Assembly: GCA_976226885.1 (NCBI GenBank)
Contig: OZ320315.1
Span: forward strand, 47,988,001 to 48,052,000
DNA: 64,000 nt
Reading direction: 5' to 3'
Source: Iphione sp. A-MEVVRFRX5
Taxonomy: Eukaryota
Of this stretch, positions 42,701 through 54,700 are shown piece after piece. The first letter of the stretch is position 1, and the number at the start of each line of letters is the position of its first letter. The position numbers and the translations under genes are program-made. The notes under the pieces were generated by a model. The model was not told the origin of the DNA, searched no databases, and was given only the letters and a program-made list of their open reading frames with translations.

Positions 42701-45700
42701 GGTACTGAACCATCTGTGCCGTTTCCGTAAGACCAAGGCATCGTAGGAGGTCGTCCCCAGTTGTGGCATAACAAAGGAAAAGGTCAAGATTCCATTTAGA
42801 TACAAGGAATGCCAAACGGTGATGGTTATACGTGGTACGGCAACCATCATCTCCCACCCAACCCCCACAACACGATCCTGAAGGCAGTGATATACGTGTA
42901 CAACAACTGGATGCGACTAGTACCAACTGAACCCCCTGAGCTAGTGATGTAAAATGCCTGTGTGTATGTCTGTCTCTCTCTCTTTTGGCGCACCACTCTT
43001 CACCTTCCCTGGGCCCAAGCGCTTGCGACGCGCCCCTCGAGTGCAGTGCTAAATTAATGTGTCTGATCCGCTGTCGTGTAGGAGCTGCTCGAGTAGAAAA
43101 TTGTTCCGTTCAGGTTAATGGGCGGCTAGAGGAGCCGACCAGGTGTGAGTTGATACTATACGGCATTGCCTAGCGGTTAAGTTAATTATAGGCGCAATAA
43201 ATGATTCAATGACGGCGTTGTTATCTGGAGAGGGAAGTGAAATAAATCTATGAAATACATCTCTGTCTAAAGTGGACGTCGATAGAAACGGGAATCCTTA
43301 GTGCTCCACAAATAAGTACGGTAGAATTAATTTGGTTGTGGATGCTTGTTCTTCTGATTTAAAGATCCATAATTCATATGAGCTGTTAATAAAGAAGCTG
43401 TGCCAAGCATTTATAAACGATGGATGGCAAACACGCGCCATTCACCCTCTAGTGAATCCGGTCCCATTTGGGATATACCCATTTGAATCTCAATTATATC
43501 CGATATAGGGGCACCTTTATCCCACAGCCGTACACCGCCTCCGTCTAGGCATATACATGTACATGTACGTGTGCACTCTATAGCGATCATCAATTCAATT
43601 TCCAAGCGCCTTTAGCTTCCACCATATACCCCCGCTATCTCCGTTATTCCTAATGGGCTTTCCTGCGCCATATTTGACTCTTTGTTGAAGGAAGAGATTA
43701 TTGTTTTGACATTGGAATATTTTCTCCCTCTCGAATTTAGATTTGAGATCGCGTTGCGCAGCGAAGGAGATCACTGCCGTGTCTTATTGCCTCTTGCTGA
43801 TGTCCTTTAAGAGATCAGCCCCTTGCCTCAGCGGCTCTACGTGATCCCTCCCGCAGACTAAACGCAGGGGATAATTGTTCAGATGGTTCCAGTGGAGAAA
43901 GGAACTGTAGCAAAAATGGCACTTTGAATCATGCTCTCATAAAGCTTTTATACGTAGGCGGTAGGGCGAGAAAGTTGCAAGTAGTAAAAATCTATCGGCG
44001 ACAAGTAGTTAACAAAAATAGGACGAGGATCTGGAAATCCTCCTCCATATTATTGTCGTGTCGTTACGGCCTAGCCGTCAACGAACCCCTAAGGTATCGC
44101 ATAATTTAAAGACGTTCCCGGAATGTGACGTCATCACATCGATACGATGTGACCATGACCGCGGTCGAGTCACACTTGACTCGACACCGTCGTAGCACCA
44201 TGTTAATGTAACGGCGACGCCTAAGATAAAAGCTCTCCCCCCTCACAAACCTTCCCCATTTCCCCTTTATCTTCGCAACCTTAATCCGGCCCGCTCCTAA
44301 CGCTCGCCAATCTCATTCATAACCAGCACTCGGCCGTACTTTGTCGTCCATTTTCATCGAGCTAAGCTGTTCGGCCATACATATGGCGGTCGACAATTTG
44401 CAGTAAAAGTCATTCGACTGGGGCGCTGTCATTTGAGACCAGGTCCCGGTCGCGCGTATGCGTAGGGCCCATCGTGCCGATTTACGATCGTTGACAAAAT
44501 GAGTTATATAGGGAATGCATTTTGTCCAGTTTATACTCGCCCATTACGCTCTTTATGGCGCGCTGACGCGAGCGGCGTGAGTTATGGCCCCTTGGCTTCG
44601 GCGCGTCATCAGGGCGTCCGGCGCTAGTCTCGCGGTACTCTCTCCAGCGACGCGAGAACGAGGCTAGAGCCGCTCGACCAAGATGAAGGCGCATTCTGAT
44701 TGTAGGAGACGTGGGCGGTCGCTGCAAGAGTCTTTCCCTCTTTGATGAAAACTATGGCCGATCGAAACGAGCGAGGGGCGTTCAGGATTATAGGCCTCGA
44801 GGAGCGTATTACCCAAAATACAGGTGTCACACACTCCAATGGCTCCTAAATTACTATTTTCTCATCTTACTCGTTATATGAAAGCGATTGACTATTCATA
44901 TGCCTCAGGGTGGTGTATGAACGTCTGGTCCGGCACAAAGGCCATTGCTTTCTTCATTTGGGCTAACATTCGATCCTGATGCCATGGCATTTAGCGACGA
45001 TACATGCACAAAGGTTCCTTTCGGAAAGGTCATAATGGACGCTGTTGTCCGATGCTGTCTGTTACAAGGCGGGCTGCTACCCTTTGCGCAGCGATGTCAT
45101 TTATGTGGCTCTTAAGGGTTCTGTACTACCCGTGGGTATATACACAAGAGGTGTGTTCTGGCTGTAGTGCCTTATCCTACGACGTGACCGCGTGGCGACC
45201 TGGCGTGTCGCCTTACAATAAATAAGACAGCGAAGCATTAGCCTTACGCTCCTGGGCTCTACACACACACCCTACCAATTCCTCCACTCTGACCTCTCCC
45301 TTGGTCGCCTATTGTTTCTCAGAAATTATTTATGGCGTGAGTAGGTAGAACGGGGTAGAACGTCTCGAGACGAGGAAGGTGCGCCTCGGAACATGAACTT
45401 TTAAAAGCCTCAGCTTCCAGATCTCCAAAACGTTTGAGCAGCAAGGGACGTGAATGTCAAATGTCCTTGTATTGATAAGCAAGAGTTATACGGTAACGCA
45501 TGCATATAGCAACATAGAGCGTTTGGGCTCTCTGTTATACATTGGAGGTCATTAATTTAAAAAAAAAAACAGAAAAAGGTAACCTTTATCATATATATAT
45601 TTCTTCGTTTTAATGAAAGGTACTTAGATTCAAGATTCACTGGTTCATTTCACATCTCATCGTTACATATATAGACGTTGAAGTCTTCCAGTGAAACAGA

Positions 45701-48700
45701 AATAGTTTAAATTGAAAAAAATTGTGAGTATGGAGGCAATGGCACAGTGTAGTTGCAATGAGTTCCGTGTACTAATAAATGATTCCACGTAATATATGTT
45801 AAACTAAGTGAGTAATTAATGTTGAACGAACATCTTAAACTAACGTTTACTTTTCTTTTATCTTTCCAGAAATTGGTGCAAGTTGCAGAACAAGCCCACG
45901 CCAACCATATATATGAAAAGAGGCTACAGGTACGTCTGATAAACCTTTACCTTTACCTTAGGTTGACCTGCTTAACTACTGTCTAATACAGAAAACAGAA
46001 ATGGCTATTATCTAGTAAATAGTGATGAAGGATAGAGAAAGTTTTCAATTTTTTTCAACCATTCAACGCTATATTACTGATTTTGTGGGTTTTATTTCAG
46101 CATTGGTATGATCCAAATATGGACCAGTCTGTCAACAGGGAACTTCTACGACGCTACGTATGGATGCATTATTTCATTGACTACTAACCATTGCCTCTTA
46201 ATTTCATTCTCCATTTACCACTTCCTGTGCTTCTGCCACTGGACTCGTCAGTTAGAGTCACATTTCTTTGTACTTACCAAATGCATGACCAACTAAATAT
46301 TTAGATGGATGTCTAAACGGACGGTAATCATATTGGATCTAGTGCGTGACAAATAATCACTCGTCTTTCGCCTTTTATTAGGGGCCATTTCCCAATCGAC
46401 GTTTTGTGATTAACCTAATGCTGATTCGACCAATTTTAACCCCACACATTCGATGACAGAATGAAATGACCACCGCTCTCAGACTGTAGGCATCAAAAGC
46501 ACCACTAGTGAAAAGGCCTCATCCACAGGCGCCAATTTTCGCTCGCCCTTATGTGGAGAGCAGTCTCCAGCGGCACAATACATAGAGCCTGCAATAATGC
46601 TTCATGTTATACCAAACCCTGGCGGGAGGCTTTTAGCGAAGCGGCCGCAGGTTTTCTTGTGTTCTTTGGTTGTGTCATTTTTTGGTTTCCGAGTCAACTC
46701 ACGATTGTTTGTGACACTGCACCTAGCTGAGTGGCAATCTCGACAGCAGCCCTGTGGCGGTATTGACTTTGCCAGGACACAGAGTGTCGGCACATTGCCT
46801 ATGATCGCATAAATACACCAATCACATTTGTTGTTTCATATCAAACGCGCTAATCCCATAATCAGTTTGTGAAATAGAGATATGTTCCTTGTAAGACATT
46901 ATATTAAGTTCCATCATATAATTTCTCTTTCAGTTTTGACGGTCTATGCAACACGAACAATTCACAATATTTTCTCTGGGTATTCATTAATTAGTCTTCT
47001 TCTCTCAAATAAAGACCTGTTTGTATTAACATACACACAAGAAAGAATTCGTATTGCTTTGTCACCATCTTTATTTCCTCGAGATATTGCCCCATGCCGT
47101 GAAATGTATTGTACAATTTATTACCTCGGTTTGACCTCTTGGAGTGCTCATGAAAACTTATGATTTCAGGGGCATCTACTCCCAGACAGATGGCACCTGG
47201 AGCTGCCACCCGACGTCACCCTGGAGATGCTGGTGGAGGCGTGGGTAGGATGAAACCACTAAGACATAAGACCTAACCGCACTTACTACTAAATTTATTA
47301 ATACCATTCTCTTTTTAGATAAGGAAAGAGTGTACAGTTGCAGCTTCACTGCAGGACTTACGTTCTGTTGTATCTTATTATTGTAACGTTCAGTGATTTG
47401 TCCTTTCTTTACCTCCTCCCAACACTTCTATGGGGTAGACCTAAATCAACCTGGCCACTGGACAATCTCAAATATGTCTGAATGGAAATTGCAGCTATCC
47501 CACTCTTTTGCGTTACTAATGTTATTTATTTTAATAAACTAACACATGCAGGAACATCTGAAGATGGACGACAAGTGTCCTCCATGTTGTGCTATGTCTA
47601 TCTACATGTGTGTACGTTTGTCAGAAGAATAAACACGTGACAGCTTATTCATACAAAAAGACAGTGCATTTTTAAAAAAAAAAAAACATTGCACGTTAAT
47701 AGCCTTTCCAACCAAACGCGTGGTTTCCCTAAAATCCTTTAAATATTCAAAGGATTGTCATGCCGGTCTTACCCACGTATGATAATAAACGAGGCGGTAA
47801 ACCTCGCATGGTGTGGAGGCCCTCCATCACGAAGGTAGTCTTGAAACCTTAATGTGCTCAAACGGGACATTTTGATGGGTGAAAGGCCGATCCTTCACAG
47901 CAGATTGTTGCGCCATGAATTTCAGAAACTTCCATTGTGTGGGGTGGAGCATGGAATACGGTCCATGCACACATCGGCTGCTAGCCTTCTACGGGAATAG
48001 TGTTCGCTTCCTTTAGAAACGCTAGGAATAACAGGAACAAAAAAGAGGCCCTAATGGTTTTTACATGTACAAGCTGAAGACGCGAACTGCTTGGCGTTTA
48101 ACGTCGGGATGCAGGCAATATCTCTAGGGTACAGCGACCGACCTGCTCTCCTACACGAGCGCCTCTTAAGACAAATGACCTTAAGCTGACCTTTGCGGGC
48201 TTTGGTGGACGTAATTGAAATGACCACTTGCGTTTACCAATAAGACCCCGTGTTTGCTGTGCCCGCCGGAGCCCCTGACACCAAAAGGAACCGCCGTATG
48301 CCTGATGTCTTATTTGCCTGGCTGATGACCCTCACGGTGTCAAACCCCATACAATCGTTCCCGATGCATCACTTGAATTGAGTTGCTGCTGGGCAGCGAA
48401 GCCTGTTAGGCTCAAGTATGCTTGACAGAATCGGGGTTTGAGGCAAACATTGCAATCCGCTTGGGCACAGAACATGTGCCGTTGCGAACGGACTGATGGT
48501 GTTATCATATACATGTAGGGCCAAGGCCTAAGTGAAAATCGTGTCCGCAGAAAAGAAAGCAAATTTTGTTCATGTTTACGCAGGTCAATTGTATACAAAG
48601 ATAAGATATATATGTATGTTTACTTATGTAACGAATCATCATACTCACACATTTGTATATGTGACCTCTAGATGCTTAGGCTAACAATCGTGATGAAGCT

Positions 48701-51700
48701 ATCTTCTTCAGTTCAGTTGAGGTATTTTTTTAACGTTTATTTATCTGGGCAATCCAAATGGTGCCAGCGTACGCTACTACAATCGTGGCAAGTGAGGATC
48801 CTATGTATAAGAAGGTGTCGATTATTTACAGAGAGACTATATACAAAATATACAAGTATATACAACAAAAGTAATGATGAGATGTGGAATTATAGAAGTG
48901 TGCGAAATAAATAATTATACTATAGTGTTCATTTATTGACTTAGCGAACTCGCCAGTTCCCTTATCCAAAAATGTTCTTTTTGCTTGTGCCATCTAGCTT
49001 CTTATGTCATTATATTTTAGGGCAGGGATGTATCCTACATTAGTCTTTGAATAAATATGATCATTCTAGAAATAGGTGTAGATTATACCCCTGCTAATAG
49101 CCATATCCAGACCTATTTATCTCGCTAAACTGATAACCAAAACAAAGAATCTCGTCTGATATGTCCGTTGTGTATGCTTGTAATTTTACATCTGATACTA
49201 TATGGTTAGTATCGCTTTGCATTGGAAAAGGACAAATTTATTTTAAAGCACAGTTCATGTGTTTCTTAATCAGATCAGCAGGTGGCCGCTGCAAGTTACT
49301 GGGCTGGCTGCGGAGGATTGAGGCCCTGTTGTGGTAGTTCCGCGCCCTTAATGCTGAGTGAAGCCTCAGGAAACAGACCGACACGTTGGCTGCAGGACGG
49401 CGACGGGCCGTCCACACTGGAGCCACTGTTGCCCTCGTCGTCTGCCTAGGAGGCAATCAGTAATATGGCAGGCGGAGGCAATGTTAGCCTGATTGGCATC
49501 TGCTGCCCTGCCAAGCCTCCCAAGCACCGTCACAGCCACAAAAAATACTCGCCTTATGACTTTCTTGTCATTTTTATCTCCTCTAAACAGAGTCACATTG
49601 TCATTCGTGCTAGAGGCTTCTGTGAGATGGTGACCGAGATTTAGATGACACGGAATTAGATTCTAGGCGCGACTTTATTGTTCTGAAAATATTTCTCTCT
49701 AGTGAGTCAGCGCAACCTCCTGGTCAGTTTACTATGGCGGCGGGAGATATCTGCAGGATAATTATGCCTAAAAAGGACAATCCTTCACCAATTCAATGTT
49801 GCCTTATAAATAGATTCCAGCACATCATTGATGTGTTTCTCATGAATTTCATGTACCGACTCGCATCTGCATTCCGCGATTACTAATTATATTCCTCTTT
49901 CAGAGAAGCCAGAAAATGCCAATAGAGATACGTTTTCATACCGGACACATTTGATCTTGCCTTCTCTGAAGAATCTATTTGCTTCAATGTTTATTATCAT
50001 TTGACATTTCAGAAAGATTACCCGAAAGCAAAGAAGCTGAATACGTCGGAATTCACCCTTGTAGAGAACGAGCATTTTAACTACATTCCTGTTAATCTGA
50101 GTATGAGCACCGTCCATGTGCCAACTAATGTCTATGATGAATGTAAGTACCGAAATATGCCGTACAGTTGATGTTAAAGGTTACAAATGACGCCCTTAAA
50201 TAGAAAAAGACTCGCATGATGCATTTGGCTAAAATAAGATTGTCAAGAAGAAAAAGTATCGTTTGAACATCTGTGATATCTTTTTCACCCAAACAGATAA
50301 TATCCCGGATATCTGTGTTTTGCACTTATACGTATAGTTCCTTCACTGTGTGCAAATATATTAACAAATTTTTAGATTCGGTTTAAAATGTCGGTTTGAT
50401 ACCAATGCATTCCATTCATAACAGATACGTCTTGTTGGTTGCCAGGGTATTGGGAGATGCTCAGATGTGTTCGTTTATCAGTACTAAATTAAACTCCTTA
50501 TTTGGCACAAACATATGCAAATGTTGCATGTACACATGTATTTACAGCAAGAGGCACATCTCTGGAGACGAGTTTATTGAGATAAATTTAAGTACATACA
50601 TTTTAAAATACAGATGTTATTTGACACACATGTTCAGCCATAGCCAGCTGATTTATCTGCACAAATGTAGCTACTATAACATAGTAGTAGCCAGCAGACC
50701 CAATCCGTGGCACGGCTAGTAGGAGTCACTCCCAGAAGGTTTAGTCGTAAGTCTTCAACCTCCTCCCTAAGTTTGTTACAAGTCACGGCTCGCATCTTCA
50801 TTGGGCCCTTCAACCAGGAATCACAAACACTAACGAGACAGTCCGAGGCCTGAGCCTGACAGTGTAGAGGCAATCAGCCGATTCGGCGCGGTATAAACAT
50901 ACTTCGCACGCCCGCTCCAGTGCTGCCGAGTAGACCTGATATCAAGTCCTCTCTTAACGACCGTCCTTGCATGATCTCACGCCAAACGCCCACAGACGCC
51001 CGCTGGCATTTCACCGTATCCACGCAATACTTTTTCTGCTAATATTACGCCTCCTCTACTCTGTTTCTGTACCCTTGCCCTAGAGTCCGTCCCATTTTTA
51101 TTCCTGTAAACTCCAACTTCTTAGTATTCTCCCTTTCCCTCCCACCACCCCCACCTCACCATAGCTCTCTTTCTTTGCCCCCCCCCCTCCCCTTTTATCG
51201 TCTCTCTGTTCCAAGCTCTGTCTTCCTCCATAATGTGTCCTTCCTCGAAAAGTGTTGAAATATTGGTACAGTTTAATTGATCGCATCGTTTTAAGCTTTA
51301 CTGTTACATTTTACCATCCCATTCATGAACACAACAATGTAGAATGCTTCTTTGCAAGCAGTAACTCAGTGACAGAAATCTTTAAGCGATCACGTGTTAA
51401 TTATCGCTCTCCCCGAAAATGAGGATTCGCTTCCCTGGAAGTGGCTACAGAAAACTTGCGCTAGGCAACCAACACGTAGCAGGAAGTGGAACTCTTCAAT
51501 CTTTCATTTCTTAGATTGTTATCTCGCATGGAAGGAAGCGATTACGTTTAGCGACTAGCAGCCATAGCGCTCAATGCAAATCACTGCCTGGCAATCGGTC
51601 TGCTCCAATGTTTTTCAAAATACGAGGCACGAAAATGAACTAAACGTATGCAATAGTGACCCGGGATTATTTGATTATATTTCAATAATAGTCCAGTTCA

Positions 51701-54700
51701 CTGGACATGTCCACAATATTGTCGAAGGTAGTGGACATGTAATTCCAAATGTACAATGCTATAGTTGGTGAAGATAATAATTTTATCGTATCTATTCCAT
51801 AACAGTGTGGTTTCAACAATATTATTATTCAAAGAGAGGACCCTAACATAACTGCTGCATTGGTAAGCTTTATCACAGTGGTGGATATCTGAAAGCAATT
51901 GAGATTTTTGATATACGCTGGTACCGTTGAAATATGTACATGCACACAAATGCCGCCCAGATCCGTATACCCAAACGAAAGTAATTTATTTCATAAAGAT
52001 AAAAGTCACTAATATTCTTGGTATTGTTTGCTTCACCGAAGAGGACATGTTACATGGTATCCAAGGTAACCATATCTGGCACTGTATGTAGACTAGCAAG
52101 TTAATGCCCATGCAAATTTACACAAATCTCTAGAGTGTACCGTTCTCACCTTTATAGCTGCCGAAGTTATAAACGGAGTGACCTGGTCTGAGGCCCTCGA
52201 TGAACATTTCCGACAGAACTACGACGATGATGAAACACTTACGTGGCAGTATTTTGGCAGCGCTTCGGGCTTTTTCCGAAACTTCCCAGGTAGGCCTTCT
52301 GGTACCAACAATACTATTGTCTGGCCAGTTTTAATTGAACCACAGTAGTTCTATGTAAAATGTGGTGTTCGAATACTTTTTCTGAAATAATTAGATATTT
52401 TTGTTCATTCTTATAAACCTATATATCTAGTTGATTGTAATCATGTGTACTAAACGTTAAGAAAATATCATGTGTCTAAATGTTCGGTTGATGAATGGTT
52501 CCATATATGGAACGATTTCTAATAGCTATTTGAAAACATGCAATTTAAGATAAAGTGAACTCTTTTGTTTTAAACATAGCCGTTATTAATATTTGTTAAG
52601 CTTACAAGAATGGATGATATTTTTTGTTCTAATTACGTTGATAAAAATAAGGGAACGCTAATGTTTCGTGCAGTGCTATAAATGTACAAATCACATGTGG
52701 ATTGACAATCTTGTCAAATATGCAGTTCACACTAAGTTTTGTTCACATATCATGTAATGATTTTTGACCCACAGAAGCAGTGCCAGTAATGGGTCCTCTT
52801 ATTTGACATTATGTCTGTATGATTTAGTTTTTAAAAATCAACTAAATGCTCAGTTTCTTAACGAATTCCACGAAGGAGTGAAATTCCATTCGACGTTATA
52901 CCTCTAGTTAAAAGCTCGAAGCAGTGGTTACGATAACATGATGTGCGAACTCCGATCGTATATATTTCTTTGCTGCTGTTTTGGCTTTGACAATCGTTTA
53001 TTTCTCGGAGTTGTAATATAAATGCTTGAAAATCGTGTGTTTCTTATCAGTGTCTAAATCATTTGCCAGCCACTTTAAAGTGGATTTCAATGTTTACGTA
53101 TTTCTGGTACGCATGTTCGCTTGACGTCTTCGACAATCTAAACGGAGTGGTGATGGTGCCAGCACTCTCTTTTAAGTGTCAGCGATTTGTGTCACGTTTT
53201 CTATGCCTGAGACTTGCTGTCCTTTGTGTTCAGGCATTCAATGGCCAGGTTCTGGGGTAGATATGTATGACTGTAGAACGCGCGGCTGGTAAGTTATGAG
53301 CAACTAGCTCGTTGAATTCGGGTGATAAGTCGCGCGATTTTATTTACTCCATCGAAAGTCTTTTCATGAGATGTCCCCATTAATAGCCAAAGACAAAATT
53401 CCAGTGGCAAAAAAACTGCCAGTTTGAAATTGCGCAACCTTATGACCCGATATCAAAAAGAGCGTTGCATTGAGAATAGATCCATATCTCCTGGCCCACA
53501 CAATCCACGCACAACACAGTCGTTGAAAGGCTTTACAAATGTTTTTCACCTTCGCCCCACGCTTTTTTGCACACTTCACTTTTTCCCCTTCACCCAGGCA
53601 GTTGAGTTTCTCCACAATGCGTCAACATACCATATTAATATGAATGCGTAGAAACAATACCTTTGTCCTGTTTTACCTATAACCTACCCAGATGTTCCAG
53701 GGTGTCTCTCTGCAACAACAATGCCATTAGGGAGGAAAGACATCATTTTGGAAAAAAACGAGACATTTATCATAAATCTCCAGTCACAAGGAAGCAAAGG
53801 CGGCGTAATACTCTTAAGCTCGTATTTAAAAAGGAAGGAATACGATTAAATTGAATTGGGCTCATATTTTGTGGAACACATCTTTCAGAACATACCATCA
53901 GCGTCATTGCAATGTTAATTCCTTATCCGCCCGCCAGGTCTTTGCGACAAGACTCCTGTAATCGAATGGACTGTCTTTTTCCTACAGCATTTGGTCTCGG
54001 TTCGGCATTTATATCGATAGCTTACTGTGGTGTAGCGTTAACTGATGCGGTTACCTGTTGAAATCGAGAGTAATGCGTCTGAAAGCTTAAAACGAAACGG
54101 TAAATGTCACTAGCATAAAAAAATAAATGCTTGCCAGGAATCTAACGGTCACAAATCCCTAGTCCTTGCAGAATTCTGGAAACAAAACCTTTGGGCTAAA
54201 AAGTTGTCCTCGATTTTAAAATCATCGACGACTGTAATGTACGCAACTGAGACACACTCTGGACATCATATTTTAGGTTCTTCCCAGACATGATGTTTTT
54301 CCTCTTTAAGGTGAATGGAGATTCGATTATTACCAACAGATAACGATGACTAATAAACTATTGATGGAAGCCTGACCAATCAAGTGTCGAGCAACAGGGG
54401 TAACATGTGGTAGATATACATGTCCGTTTGTTGTTGTTGTTGCTGCCCCCCCGGGCTGTCCCCCTTTCTTCTTCTCACAACTTTTCTTGTTAACAACATC
54501 CGCTGAGCAGACAGAATTGTTGCCCGCAGAAAGCTGAGATTAATGGGAGACCCCGACGCCTCGGGTCTCATATTATCATATCAAAACCCTTGAATAGTCA
54601 CTTACAAATGACAGGTTTAGTTGTGACTCGGCCCTCTTACGGACGCCGATAACTCGGCCACAAATGACGTATTTCGTAGAAGTACCACGCGGCATCAATC

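Noticed and set aside
42591-42926. Minus-strand ORF with LGLTET..EIPG resembling an APE endonuclease start
   Set aside because: A single short motif with no supporting downstream motifs.
45930-50012. A supposedly missing 'YYNA..INE' exon (candidates VRYYNRGK near 48770-48791 and MIINEA near 47779-47796)
   Set aside because: Wrong phase or poor acceptors. [10 protein letters not shown] at 50013 already aligns to this position.
54027-54070. tRNA-like GTGGTGTAGCG
   Set aside because: No T-arm consensus or acceptor stem.
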